Source: Candidatus Anstonellales archaeon (lineage in GTDB: Archaea > Micrarchaeota > Micrarchaeia > Anstonellales > J096). From it: a stretch of 64,000 bases of DNA. The notes beneath the pieces are model-generated. The model had not been told where the DNA came from. It saw nothing but the letters and a program-made list of their open reading frames with translations, and did no database searches. A program made the translations under genes and the position numbers. Position 1 is the stretch's first letter. Every line of letters begins with the position of its first letter. The stretch is taken from NCBI GenBank assembly GCA_038890615.1, contig JAWAFI010000002.1, forward strand, positions 1-64,000, written 5' to 3'. Below are positions 34,906 to 44,743 of the stretch, in pieces.

Positions 34906-35325
34906 ATGCTTGACCAAAAAGACAGGCATATTTTAAACTCCCTTGAAGCAGATGCAAAAACTACGCTCAATAAGCTTTCAAAAGAATTAGGCATAAGCAT
35001 CACTGCGGTAAGGAGGAGGGTTGCAAGGCTGGAGAAGAGTGGCATCATAGAGGGCTACAAGGCAGTTGTGAACAAGCGCCTCTTGGGGATAAGGACTGCG
35101 ATAGTTTGCATAAGCACAAAGGAAGGAAGTTATTTAGATGTGATGATGGCACTAAAGAACTACCGCCATGTCAGGAAGGCAACACCTGCACACGGAGATG
35201 GAAACATACTAGCAGTAATTGAAGGGCAAAGCTCTAAGGAGGTTCAGGATGCAATAGCCAGAATAAAAGGGATTGCTGGAATAAAGAAAGCCAATATGCT
35301 AATAATAGAGGAGGCGCTTGCATGA
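34906..35325 (+). CDS. Lrp/AsnC family transcription regulator
   Basis: LDQKDRHIL...LSKELGIS...RRVARLEKSGIIEGY HTH plus AsnC-type C-terminal domain. Confidence 0.9.
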   Translation: MLDQKDRHILNSLEADAKTTLNKLSKELGISITAVRRRVARLEKSGIIEGYKAVVNKRLLGIRTAIVCISTKEGSYLDVMMALKNYRHVRKATPAHGDGNILAVIEGQSSKEVQDAIARIKGIAGIKKANMLIIEEALA

Positions 35326-36035
35326 GCCTGCTTGAGGTAAGGGGCCTTTCAGTAAGCTCAGGGGGGAATGAGATAATAAGCGATGTCTCGATAGAGGTTA
35401 GGAAGGGTGAAATAGTTGCGCTAATAGGCCCAAATGGGAGCGGAAAGAGCACGCTATGCAACGCAATTGCAGGCAAACCTTATGATGTAATTGGCAGCAT
35501 ATATTTTGAAGGAAGGGATATATTGAAAGATGGGGCAGATAAAAGGGCAAGGATGGGCATTTTGCTTGTGCACCAAAGCATGCCTATGCTTGAAGGCATA
35601 AAGCTGAGGACGCTGCTAAGCTGGCTTTCTGAGGTGCACGGTGAAGGAATAATAGAGAAAGCAGAGAAAAACGCTGCCAAGGTAGGATTTGGCAAGGAGG
35701 AATTTGAAAAGGATATTGCCAAGCTTTCAGGAGGGGAAAGAAAAAGGATGGAGATGCTGCTCATGGTCTCCCTGCCATCAAAGCTGGTTATTATTGACGA
35801 GCTGGATTCTGGGCTTGACATAGATGGGCTGAGGGTTGCCTCTGAAATAATAGAGAATATGAAAAAAGAGGAGAAGGGTATATTGATAGTATCCCACTAC
35901 CCTTTCATCCTTGAGAGGCTTCAGCCAGACAGGGTTTACCTTATGGAAAGCGGAAGGATAAAAAAGAGCGGTGGTATGGAGATTGTGAAAGGGATAAAGG
36001 AAAAAGGATATTTGAGGGATGAAAATGGATGTTAA
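35322..36035 (+). CDS. sufC: Fe-S cluster assembly ATPase SufC
   Basis: GPNGSGKST, LSGGERKRME, IDELDSGLDID, SH. Confidence 0.92.
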   Translation: MSLLEVRGLSVSSGGNEIISDVSIEVRKGEIVALIGPNGSGKSTLCNAIAGKPYDVIGSIYFEGRDILKDGADKRARMGILLVHQSMPMLEGIKLRTLLSWLSEVHGEGIIEKAEKNAAKVGFGKEEFEKDIAKLSGGERKRMEMLLMVSLPSKLVIIDELDSGLDIDGLRVASEIIENMKKEEKGILIVSHYPFILERLQPDRVYLMESGRIKKSGGMEIVKGIKEKGYLRDENGC

Positions 36036-37209
36036 GAAAATAAGGGAGGACTTCCCTATATTAAAAGAAGTCATCTATTTTGACAACGGGGCAACAAGCC
36101 AGAAGCCAATTAGCGTAATAAACGCGGTTAGCAATTTTTACAAAGAAACTAATGCTAATGTCCACAGAGGGCTTCACAGGCTTTCTGAAAAAGCTACCCT
36201 CCTTTACGAAAAGTCAAAGGAGGAGGTGGCATCTTTTATAAGGGCAGAAAAGAATGAAATCATATACACGAGGAACGCCACCGAGGGCTTCAACCTCCTT
36301 ATGTACTCTTGGGGGATGGAGAATGTAAAGGAAGGCGATGATATTGTCATAAGCATCGCAGAGCACCACAGCAACATGCTCCCGTGGAGGACCCTTGCTG
36401 AGAAAAAAGGAGCAACATTGAAGTACATAGATGTTGATGAGGAAGGAAATTTCAATAAAAGAGATATTGAAAAGATTAGCAGGAAGACAAAAATATTGGC
36501 GCTTACCATGCAGTCAAATGTAATAGGGAAGAAGAGCAACTTCCATGATTTTGTAAAGGCAGGAAAGGAAAGCGGGGCATTTGTGGTTCTTGATGGGGCG
36601 CAGTATGTACCCCACCACAAGCTTGATGTAAGGAAAACAGAAGCAGATGCAATAGCATTCACAGGCCACAAGATGCTTGCAGAAACAGGAATAGGAGTAC
36701 TATGGGTAAAAAAGGAGTGGCTTGAAAAAATGGGGCCATTCATGTATGGAGGGGATATGATAAAAGAGGCAAGCTTAAGCAGGGTTACTTGGAATGAGCT
36801 GCCTTACAAGTTTGAGGCAGGAACGCCACACATTTCAGGGGCAATATCAATTGGAGAAGCAGTAAAATACCTAAAGGCGATCGGCATGGAGAACATAGAA
36901 GAGCACGAGAAAAAGCTTGCTTCAAAGCTAGTAGGGGCAATAGAAGGGGCTGGCCTTGACATTATAGGGGGCAAAGACAAGGAATGCCTTGCGAGCTTTA
37001 CATCTGAAAAGATACACCCCCACGACTTGGCTGCCCTTCTTTCAGAATACAACATAGCAGTAAGGAGCGGCTTCCACTGCGCCCAGCCCCTCCATGAGAG
37101 GTATGGAAAGAAAAATGGGAGCACCAGGGCGAGCCTTTACTTCTACAATACAGAGGAAGAGGTCAAGGTTTTTGGAGAACGGCTCCAGGAAACAATGGGG
37201 ATGCTCTGA
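36019..37209 (+). CDS. sufS: cysteine desulfurase SufS
   Basis: YFDNGATSQKP, NVHRG, EHHSN, DGAQ, GHKM (PLP Lys), FEAGTP, RSGFHCAQP. Confidence 0.96.
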   Translation: MKMDVKKIREDFPILKEVIYFDNGATSQKPISVINAVSNFYKETNANVHRGLHRLSEKATLLYEKSKEEVASFIRAEKNEIIYTRNATEGFNLLMYSWGMENVKEGDDIVISIAEHHSNMLPWRTLAEKKGATLKYIDVDEEGNFNKRDIEKISRKTKILALTMQSNVIGKKSNFHDFVKAGKESGAFVVLDGAQYVPHHKLDVRKTEADAIAFTGHKMLAETGIGVLWVKKEWLEKMGPFMYGGDMIKEASLSRVTWNELPYKFEAGTPHISGAISIGEAVKYLKAIGMENIEEHEKKLASKLVGAIEGAGLDIIGGKDKECLASFTSEKIHPHDLAALLSEYNIAVRSGFHCAQPLHERYGKKNGSTRASLYFYNTEEEVKVFGERLQETMGML

Positions 37210-37580
37210 TGGACAAAGAAGAGATGTTCAGGATCTACAGGCAAAGGAAGAATTTCAGAAAGGTGGATGGGTTAAGGCTGGAAGGGGCAAACCCCCTATG
37301 CGGGGACTCTTTTGCCTTAAGCATCAAGGTTAAAAAAGGAGTAATCAAGGATGTTGGCATTGAAGGAAGCGGTTGCATGCTGAGCAGCGTTTCTGCATCT
37401 CTTCTTGCTGAATACCTTAAGGGAAAAAAGGTTGAAGAGGCAAAAAAGCTTAAAGAAGATGATATGTACAGAATAGTGGGAATTGACATGAGCCACAACC
37501 CTGTCAGGGCAAAGTGCCTCTTGCTCCCACTGCACATTTTAAAAACGATGGGAATGAACAACAATTATGAAAAGAATTAA
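37209..37580 (+). CDS. sufU: SufU/IscU-type scaffold protein
   Basis: NPLCGD, GSGC, RAKC. Confidence 0.9.
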   Translation: MDKEEMFRIYRQRKNFRKVDGLRLEGANPLCGDSFALSIKVKKGVIKDVGIEGSGCMLSSVSASLLAEYLKGKKVEEAKKLKEDDMYRIVGIDMSHNPVRAKCLLLPLHILKTMGMNNNYEKN

Positions 37581-38091
37581 GGATGCGATTGAACGAAAGC
37601 TCTGTGAAAAGGAAAAAAAGTGGAAAGATATGGAGATCATTACACCTGAGATGGAAAGGGAAGAGATTAGGAGATTAATAACAGCAAGGTGCATGACTTA
37701 CGATACTTATAGAATAATAGAGCCTCTCTTAGCCAGAATGGAAAAAAACCTTGAGAATGTGGCTATTATCTCTTCTCTGCTTAAAGATTCCTTTTCTCCT
37801 GTTAAGATTAACGCAGGGATGGCCCTTCTAATAGGGTGCCAAATAGGAATAAACATAGAAAAGGCAATGCCAGATGTAGTTGAAGCGCTTGAAGACAAAG
37901 AACCTAGGGTTAGGTCAATAGCAGCATCAATAATAAGGGAAATGGCAATCAAGGGCTATAAGGCGAAGAAGTGGCTCTTGGAAACACTTAAGGCATATGC
38001 CCAATACGATCCTGACAAGGATGTGCAACTTTCTTGCGCAATGGCGCTTAGGGCAATTGAGTTGCAGAAAGAGGGCAACAATTATGGATAG
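37567..38091 (+). CDS. HEAT-repeat protein
   Basis: LLKDSFSPVKINA, ALEDKEPRVRSIAA, DPDKDVQLSCAMAL. Confidence 0.75.
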   Translation: MKRIKDAIERKLCEKEKKWKDMEIITPEMEREEIRRLITARCMTYDTYRIIEPLLARMEKNLENVAIISSLLKDSFSPVKINAGMALLIGCQIGINIEKAMPDVVEALEDKEPRVRSIAASIIREMAIKGYKAKKWLLETLKAYAQYDPDKDVQLSCAMALRAIELQKEGNNYG

Positions 38092-38821
38092 GAAAAAAGA
38101 GAGCACGAAGTCGTTAGGCAACATACTAAGAAACTCGCTTAAAAAGGCGAAGGAAGTGTTCAATGTCAAAAAGCTCTATGAACAAGAGGATGGCATTCAT
38201 TACAACTATCTCAACGACATGAAAAAATCAGCAGAAGCGATAAAGAAATTTGCAAGCATGCTCAACTCAAAAATAAAGGAAAGAAGGAACAAGGCATCAA
38301 ATCTCTTTTTTTATGCTGCGAACACTGAGATCAATCTGCTTGTAGGGAAAGAAGAATTTATTAAGGCGCTCAGCTCAAGCGAAACTAATGTAAGAAGGGT
38401 TGCATCAAGATGCCTAGAGAAAATAGCTGCTGAAGAAAACAGCATAGCTGAAGCGCTTCCTACATTAATATCAATAGCATCTGATAGGTCTGAAAACGAC
38501 GAAGAAACCAGGCAGTTGGCCATTTTGGCAATTGCAAGCTCTGCAAAAGCAGGTGATGATATAAGCGCTGCATTTGAGGTGCTAAGGCAGGGCTTGCACA
38601 GCAATTACATAAGCATAAGGCAGGCATGTTCGCTTGCTCTCTACTATGCTGCCATAAATCAAAAGACCTCTAAGGCTTCTATAAAAATCCTGGCAGAGGC
38701 CTGCAAGAGCAGTGAGGACAATGCAGACTACTTCGCTAGAGGAGTAATTTCTGAATTGCTCAAGAAGGGCGGCGAGAATATAAATGATGCAATAAAGGAT
38801 GAAATTGGCACTATAAGCTAG
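38084..38821 (+). CDS. HEAT-repeat protein
   Basis: ALSSSETNVRRVASRCL, ETRQLAILAI, LHSNYISIRQACSLAL; ATG at 38084. Confidence 0.75.
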   Translation: MDRKKESTKSLGNILRNSLKKAKEVFNVKKLYEQEDGIHYNYLNDMKKSAEAIKKFASMLNSKIKERRNKASNLFFYAANTEINLLVGKEEFIKALSSSETNVRRVASRCLEKIAAEENSIAEALPTLISIASDRSENDEETRQLAILAIASSAKAGDDISAAFEVLRQGLHSNYISIRQACSLALYYAAINQKTSKASIKILAEACKSSEDNADYFARGVISELLKKGGENINDAIKDEIGTIS

Positions 38822-38834
38822 CATAAGCCAGAGA

Positions 38835-38918
38835 TGCAGGGGGTGGGGTTCGAACCCACGCAGCCACTAAGGCACAGGATCCTAAGTCCTGCGCGTTTGA
38901 CCGCTCCGCCACCCCTGC
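38835..38918 (-). tRNA. tRNA-Leu (TAG)
   Basis: Reverse strand: GCAGGGG/CCCCTGC+A acceptor, CAGGA-CTTAGGA-TCCTG anticodon arm, long variable arm, GTGGGTTCGAA T-arm. Confidence 0.96.
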
Positions 38919-39009
38919 GGCATAAAATTAGGCATTGCATTTAAAATAATGCTTTGCACAGGCGCCTTGGCTCCGCTCTGCTTTAAAAGCTAACCTAGCA
39001 TTCATTCCC

Positions 39010-39783
39010 ATGCAAAATCTCTTAATATCTTACATTCCCTGCCGCACCCCCACCTTAAGGTACTGGGGGGATTCCCAAAGCCCTCTATCTATAGAGCTTA
39101 AGCCCCGATCTTTCATTTCCATTAAATTCTACGATTCAGTTCACTGCGTTGGATGGAATGACGAGCATGGTGAGCACAGATGCCCGAATAGCGCAGTTAA
39201 TACAAAGCAGTGCCCCACCTGCAGGTCGCGAGACATACTAAGGGCATATGCATCTGCTGATTTTGCAGGGTTAGAGCATCTTAAGGAAAGAATAAACAAT
39301 GTCCCAACCTCATTGTACTTGGCACTTTTTGGGGATGTTGTAAAGTGCGGCATAACTGCCACAAGCAGGGTTGAAGCGCGCCTTGCTGAGCAGGGAGCAG
39401 ATATGTACGCAGAGTTGATGCGCTTCCCAACAAGGGAGGAGGCACGTAGAATGGAACTGCTAATATCCTCAGAATTCGGGATCACTGAGCGTGTTATGCT
39501 CAATGAAAAGATTGAATGCATATCGCTTTCAGCAGATGAAACAAAGCTCCGGGATGCAATAGCGCAGATACGCGAAAGGGAGCCCTTTTCCTCTTTTGTC
39601 ATGCCCTCGGTTTCAATAAAAAGGATTGATTACAACCTCCCAGAAAAAGCCTCGCTTTCATGGAAGCCTTCAGGAGAAGTGCTTGGAGCAAAGGGGGTTT
39701 TTCTTTTCATAAAGAAGGACGGAGAAAATTACTTTGTGCCAATGCACTCTTTCAAGGGGCACCTTTTTGATTTTACTCCCTGA
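39010..39783 (+). CDS. DUF2797-like Cys-containing protein
   Basis: HCVGW...CP...QCPTC, LYLALFG..VKCGIT...RLAEQGA, GEVLGAKG. Confidence 0.75.
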   Translation: MQNLLISYIPCRTPTLRYWGDSQSPLSIELKPRSFISIKFYDSVHCVGWNDEHGEHRCPNSAVNTKQCPTCRSRDILRAYASADFAGLEHLKERINNVPTSLYLALFGDVVKCGITATSRVEARLAEQGADMYAELMRFPTREEARRMELLISSEFGITERVMLNEKIECISLSADETKLRDAIAQIREREPFSSFVMPSVSIKRIDYNLPEKASLSWKPSGEVLGAKGVFLFIKKDGENYFVPMHSFKGHLFDFTP

Positions 39784-40480
39784 TTGCCTCATATGCCTCC
39801 TTGCTCTTCCCTGAGAAATGGCTTGATAAGAAGTTCCCTATATGGAATGCTAAGTACTTTACATAACCCCATTTTCTCAGTCTCCTCAGCGAAACAAAGC
39901 ACTTTGCCTTTGGGTCATACTTAACCCCCCCAACCTTCCTCAGCCTCTTTATTATATCAACCTCTTCTGCTGTCATTATGTCCCTATTGAAGCCCCCTGC
40001 CTTTTTGTATGCCCTCCTGCTGAAGACTAGGTTGTCAGCAGCTGCATAGTCCAGCCCTAGCAGATTAAGAATGGTTGCAAGAAGGTTGAGCACCTCTGCC
40101 CCAAGATTCTCAATGAAATTGCCATCAAGCGCATAGATCGAGCCAATTACGCCTGCATAGCCCTCTTTTACTATTGCATCGCCTACCCTCTGAAGCCACC
40201 CTTGAGGGTAGATTGTATCTGCGCTTGCGCTTATTAGTATCTCACCCCGAGAGTTTATCATCCCTATCTTCCTTGCGTATGGTATGCCCTCTGTTTCAAC
40301 TTCAATTACTTTGCAACCCATCCTTTGCGCTATCTCTGCTGTCTTATCCGTGCTCTTCTTATCAACGACTATTACTTCAATGTCATAATCAGATTCCTGC
40401 CCAAATATGCTCTTTAAGGTCATAGGAAGGTTTTTTTCTTCATTGTATGTCGGTATCACTATGCTTGCTAGTTTTTTCAC
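39773..40480 (-). CDS. family 2 glycosyltransferase
   Basis: SIVIPTYNEE, VVDKKSTDKT, SAD, GGF...EEVD. Confidence 0.9.
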   Translation of the reverse strand: MKKLASIVIPTYNEEKNLPMTLKSIFGQESDYDIEVIVVDKKSTDKTAEIAQRMGCKVIEVETEGIPYARKIGMINSRGEILISASADTIYPQGWLQRVGDAIVKEGYAGVIGSIYALDGNFIENLGAEVLNLLATILNLLGLDYAAADNLVFSRRAYKKAGGFNRDIMTAEEVDIIKRLRKVGGVKYDPKAKCFVSLRRLRKWGYVKYLAFHIGNFLSSHFSGKSKEAYEAIRE

Positions 40481-40529
40481 ATGCCTTTTTCCAGTTCAAT
40501 ATTTAAATTCATTTCCCATAATCCCCCTG

Positions 40530-41153
40530 ATGCAAGGAAGCCTTATCCAAAAAATAATACGCCTGAAAAAAAGCAGTACTTCTCGCTTAGCCAAAAAGAG
40601 AATGAAAGAGTTCCAATCTATAAGAAAAAAAGGCATAAATGCCATCTTCAAGGAACTTTGCTTCTGCATCCTTACTGCAAATTTCAGCGCAGAAGGAGGC
40701 ATTCGCATACAAAAAGCAATAGGCGACGGCTTCCTGACAATGGGCGAAAAGGAGCTTGCAAAGGCCCTACGCTCAAATGGCTACCGCTTTCCTAATACAA
40801 GGGCCTTGTACATAGCAAAAGCCAGAGAAAAGATGCCAGAGCTTAAGAAAGCCCTATCAATGGAACCAAAGGAATTGCGCTATTGGCTTATTAAGAACAT
40901 ATATGGTTTGGGATATAAAGAGGCGAGCCACTTCCTCCGCAACATAGGATTCAATGATTTTGCAATAATAGATTTCCACATAGTTGACCTATTAGTTTCA
41001 GAAGGGCTAATTCGAAAGCCAAGATCCATTACCCCAAAAAAGTACTTAAAAATTGAAAACAAGCTGAAGGAAATTGCAAAGGAAGTTGGCTTAACTTTAG
41101 GAGAGCTTGATTTGTATCTGTGGTATCTTTCTACTGGAAAAATCCTAAAATAA
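40530..41153 (+). CDS. ogg: 8-oxoguanine DNA glycosylase/AP lyase (archaeal Ogg)
   Basis: ELCFCILTAN, YRFPNTRA, GLGYKEASHFLRNIG, AIIDFHI, ELDLYLWY..TGKILK. Confidence 0.93.
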   Translation: MQGSLIQKIIRLKKSSTSRLAKKRMKEFQSIRKKGINAIFKELCFCILTANFSAEGGIRIQKAIGDGFLTMGEKELAKALRSNGYRFPNTRALYIAKAREKMPELKKALSMEPKELRYWLIKNIYGLGYKEASHFLRNIGFNDFAIIDFHIVDLLVSEGLIRKPRSITPKKYLKIENKLKEIAKEVGLTLGELDLYLWYLSTGKILK

Positions 41154-41286
41154 CCATCTGTATAATCTTAGTTTCCTTCTCCCATTTCTTAACTAAATAA
41201 TAAGTCTCTAAGCCCTTTTTAACCTTAATTACCGAGCAATTCCCCAACCAATTCTTCTAAACCTTTTTCAACCGTTTCTAAGTCAT

Positions 41287-41841
41287 TTATCGTTCTTTTT
41301 TTTTGAATTTATTCAGCATCTCATTTAATGTGAAAAGCGAAATGCCAACAACATTAAAGTAATCCCCTTCTATTCTTTCTATAAGCAGAGCCCCAATTCC
41401 TTGTGCCCCAAATGCACCTGCCTTGTCTAGCGGCTCTCCTGTTGCGATATAATTTTTAATATCTTTTTTGCCCATCCTTTTCATCTTTACTTTAGTAACT
41501 ACTACTTTTACTTCTTTTAACTGATCTTTTACTACTGCGATTCCCCCGTACACCTTAATCCACTTGCCAGATATTTTCTTGAGAATTTTTTCAGCCTCCT
41601 TCTTATTTTTCGGCTTTCCTAAAATCTTTCCTGAATAAACAACTGTATCAGCCCCAACCACTATTTTGCCTTTGTACCTCGTGGCAACTTCTTCAGCTTT
41701 GCCGAGCGCATTAGCAGCCACTGTTTCTTCCGGAGTCCTGAGCATTTTCTCTGGAAACCTGCTTCTTACACACCTGATTTTCCAAAACTTCCTCAAAAGC
41801 ATCCTCCTGCGTGGGGATGTTGATGCTAGCATTATCTCCAT
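41287..41841 (-). CDS. maf: Maf family nucleoside triphosphate pyrophosphatase
   Basis: LASTSPRR, KA, GADTVV, ILGKP, EPLDKAGAFG, GDYFNVVG. Confidence 0.95.
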   Translation of the reverse strand: MEIMLASTSPRRRMLLRKFWKIRCVRSRFPEKMLRTPEETVAANALGKAEEVATRYKGKIVVGADTVVYSGKILGKPKNKKEAEKILKKISGKWIKVYGGIAVVKDQLKEVKVVVTKVKMKRMGKKDIKNYIATGEPLDKAGAFGAQGIGALLIERIEGDYFNVVGISLFTLNEMLNKFKKKER

Positions 41842-41844
41842 GCT

Positions 41845-42489
41845 TCATTCACTCTTTCTTTTAATATATGTTTTTCTTGCAGGGCACCATTTTATCTTGC
41901 ACTGATTGCAGAGTGGCTTGGGCTTGCAAACTGTTTGCCCATATCCAACAAATGCCCTGTTCAGCCTTCTCCAAAATCTCCTTGGGAATATCTTCTTCAG
42001 CCCTTTTTCTGTTTCTGCAGGTTTTTTTGTTTTCACAAGCCCTAGCCTGTTTGAAATTCTGTGAACGTGCGTATCCACTCCTATCTCTTCCTTTCCCAAC
42101 ATTCCAAGAATTACATTCCTGCTTTTCCTCCCAATCCCATCTAATTCTAAAAAGTCTTCAGGCATTCCCTCATTTACCACCCTTTTTGAGTTTGTTATCA
42201 GCCATTTTGCTTTCTGCCTATAAAATCCAACAGGGTAAATAAGTGCTGCAACCTCTTCTTCCGGGATTTTTGCAAGCTTCTCAAAGCTACCTGCTTTTCT
42301 AAACAACCTCTTTGCTGCAGCAATGCTTATATTATCTTTTGTGCGCGAGCTGAGAAGGACAAAAACAATCGCTCTAAAGATGCTTTTTCTGACGATCTTT
42401 CCAACATTGTAAACAGGCGCCTTCCTTGCCTTCCCCTCCATCTCCATTATTTCCACAATTTCCTCCAATATCTTTTTTTCCTTACTCAT
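41845..42489 (-). CDS. nth: endonuclease III (Nth)
   Basis: LLSSRTKD, GFYRQKA, HhH LDGIGRK, VDTHVHRISNRLG, C-terminal 4-Cys Fe-S motif. Confidence 0.93.
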   Translation of the reverse strand: MSKEKKILEEIVEIMEMEGKARKAPVYNVGKIVRKSIFRAIVFVLLSSRTKDNISIAAAKRLFRKAGSFEKLAKIPEEEVAALIYPVGFYRQKAKWLITNSKRVVNEGMPEDFLELDGIGRKSRNVILGMLGKEEIGVDTHVHRISNRLGLVKTKKPAETEKGLKKIFPRRFWRRLNRAFVGYGQTVCKPKPLCNQCKIKWCPARKTYIKRKSE

Positions 42490-42624
42490 AAAAATACCAA
42501 TCAAAAGCTGTTTTTAACCTTTCCCACCCTTTAAAGTTGTTATTTTTTAAGTTATTTTTACGAGAGAAAAGGAAACCTATATAAATATGCGCTTAATAAT
42601 AACCACTGCGACCAGGTGATAGGT

Positions 42625-43710
42625 ATGGAAGATTTGATAAGATCAGTAACTAAATCTGGATTTGAAGGGGCTAAAGCAGAAGACAGCGGAAACATTGACA
42701 GTTCTGATACTATAAAAATAGTAACAGTAGGGGTTGGTGGTGGAGGGAACAACACTATCAACAGGCTAGTGAAGCTAGGGGTCAAAGGCTCTGAGCTTTG
42801 CGCTGTTAACACGGATGCCCAGCACTTAAAGCTTATGCACGAGAGTGTTAAGAAGATACTCATAGGGAAGAGCATAACAAGGGGGCTTGGGGCAGGAGGA
42901 GACCCTGACATAGGAGCAAAAGCTGCTGAAGTTGACAGGGCATCCTTAGAGAAAGCAGTTGAAGGGGCACACTTAGTTTTCATTTGCGCAGGCGCTGGAG
43001 GAGGAACAGGAAGCGGGGCAGCGCCGGTAGTTGCGCAGATCGCAAAAGAGCAAGGCGCGATTACCGTAGCGATGGTCACTTATCCGTTTGCCTTGGAAAG
43101 AGTAAGGAGAAAAAAAGCAGATGAAACTATAGCAAAGCTGCAGAAGATTGCTGACTCAGTAATAATACTCGACAACAACAAGCTTGTTGAGCTTGTTCCA
43201 AACCTGCCTATGCAGGACGCTTTTGTTGTTGCAGATGAAATACTTGCAAGGGCCATTTCAGGTCTTGTATGGACAATAACCCAGCCATCGCTCGTAAACA
43301 TCGACTTTGCAGATGTCAGGAGCATCATGAAAGATGGCGGGGTTGGGTTCATAGCAGTAGGCGAAGGCAAAGGCAACGACAAGGTCAAGAATGCTGCAGA
43401 CAGCGTGCTAAAGAACAGGCTGTTGGATGTCGATTTCGAGGGTGCAAAAGGAGCGCTTATCCACATTTCAGGCGGCCCAGACCTAACTCTAGGAGATGCA
43501 GTCAAGGCAGGTGAGCTTATAACTGAGAGGATGGACCCTGACGCAAATGTAAAGTGGGGCGCAAGGCTTGTCAGCAACTATGAAGGCAAGATGGAGGTTG
43601 TGGCTATCGTTACAGGCGTAAAGGGCGCAAGCGTTGGCGGCAAATCGTTGTCTGACCAGCAAGAAGCAGCTTTCCTTGGCTCTACTGGAGATTTAGATAT
43701 GCTAGGCTGA
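42625..43710 (+). CDS. ftsZ: cell division protein FtsZ (FtsZ2-like), copy A
   Basis: GVGGGGNN, NTD, GLGAGG, GGGTG, YPFALER, LDNNKL, NIDFADV; GGTGA SD before ATG 42625. Confidence 0.96.
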   Translation: MEDLIRSVTKSGFEGAKAEDSGNIDSSDTIKIVTVGVGGGGNNTINRLVKLGVKGSELCAVNTDAQHLKLMHESVKKILIGKSITRGLGAGGDPDIGAKAAEVDRASLEKAVEGAHLVFICAGAGGGTGSGAAPVVAQIAKEQGAITVAMVTYPFALERVRRKKADETIAKLQKIADSVIILDNNKLVELVPNLPMQDAFVVADEILARAISGLVWTITQPSLVNIDFADVRSIMKDGGVGFIAVGEGKGNDKVKNAADSVLKNRLLDVDFEGAKGALIHISGGPDLTLGDAVKAGELITERMDPDANVKWGARLVSNYEGKMEVVAIVTGVKGASVGGKSLSDQQEAAFLGSTGDLDMLG

Positions 43711-43713
43711 ACT

Positions 43714-44730
43714 ATGACTGATGACTTTGAGGGAGTTCAAATCAGTGTCGTTGGCGTTGGAGGAGGGGGGAGCAACTGCGTCTCCCGCATGATGTCCTCC
43801 GGGATAAAGAGCGCAAGAACAGTGGCCATAAACACAGATTCAAGGCACCTATTAATCACGCAGGCCCACAAGAAAGTCCTTATTGGGAAGAAGATAACAA
43901 GAGGGATGGGAGCAGGAGGGGATGAAAAAATAGGAGAGAAGTGCGCTGAGATGGATGCTGCCCTAATAAAAGAGGCAATAGGAAACTCCAACCTGGTTTT
44001 TGTTACAGCTGGGATGGGAGGAGGAACAGGAAGCGGGGCAGCGCCGGTAGTGGCTAGGATAGCAAAAGAGATGGGCGCCATAACAATAGGGGTAGTTACC
44101 TACCCATTTGCTTTGGAACGCACAAGGCTCAGGAAAGCAGAGATGGCCATAAACAGAATGGTTAAGGAGTGCGACACTCTAGTAGTAATAGACAACAACA
44201 GGCTCCTATCTTATGCTCCTAACCTTCCACTGAACCAGGCCCTTGAGATGGTTGATTCAGTGACTCAAAGGGCAGTGGTGGGAATAAGCGACACCATAAT
44301 ACTCCCTTCATTGATGAACATTGACTATGCAGATGTTAAGAGCGTAATGGCAAACAGGGGCATTGCAATGATTTCTTTAGGCGAAGGATATGGCTATACA
44401 AAGATAGAGGATGCTGCCAAAAGCGCGCTTGAGCATCCCTTGCTTGATACAACTTACGAAGGGGCAAAGGCAGCACTTGTGCACATAGAAGGCAATTCCT
44501 CACTAACTCTTGGAGAGGCAATAAAGCTGGGCAACATGATAACAGATCGCTTTGACCCTGATGCTAATGTGAAAATAGGGGCCCGCATACTCCCTGATAT
44601 CGAAGGAGTTCGTGTAACTACTATAGTGGCAGGCCTTTCATCCCCATGCTTCCTAAATGGCAAGGCAACAAGCTCTAGTGCCAATTCCGTGGTCCAAAAC
44701 TACAGCCCGGAGACTCTCTATACCCTCTAA
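43714..44730 (+). CDS. ftsZ: cell division protein FtsZ (FtsZ2-like), copy B
   Basis: GVGGGGSN, NTD, GMGAGG, GMGGGTG, YPFALER, IDNNRL, NIDYADV; starts 3 nt after copy A. Confidence 0.95.
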   Translation: MTDDFEGVQISVVGVGGGGSNCVSRMMSSGIKSARTVAINTDSRHLLITQAHKKVLIGKKITRGMGAGGDEKIGEKCAEMDAALIKEAIGNSNLVFVTAGMGGGTGSGAAPVVARIAKEMGAITIGVVTYPFALERTRLRKAEMAINRMVKECDTLVVIDNNRLLSYAPNLPLNQALEMVDSVTQRAVVGISDTIILPSLMNIDYADVKSVMANRGIAMISLGEGYGYTKIEDAAKSALEHPLLDTTYEGAKAALVHIEGNSSLTLGEAIKLGNMITDRFDPDANVKIGARILPDIEGVRVTTIVAGLSSPCFLNGKATSSSANSVVQNYSPETLYTL

Positions 44731-44743
44731 CCTTTTTTATTTA

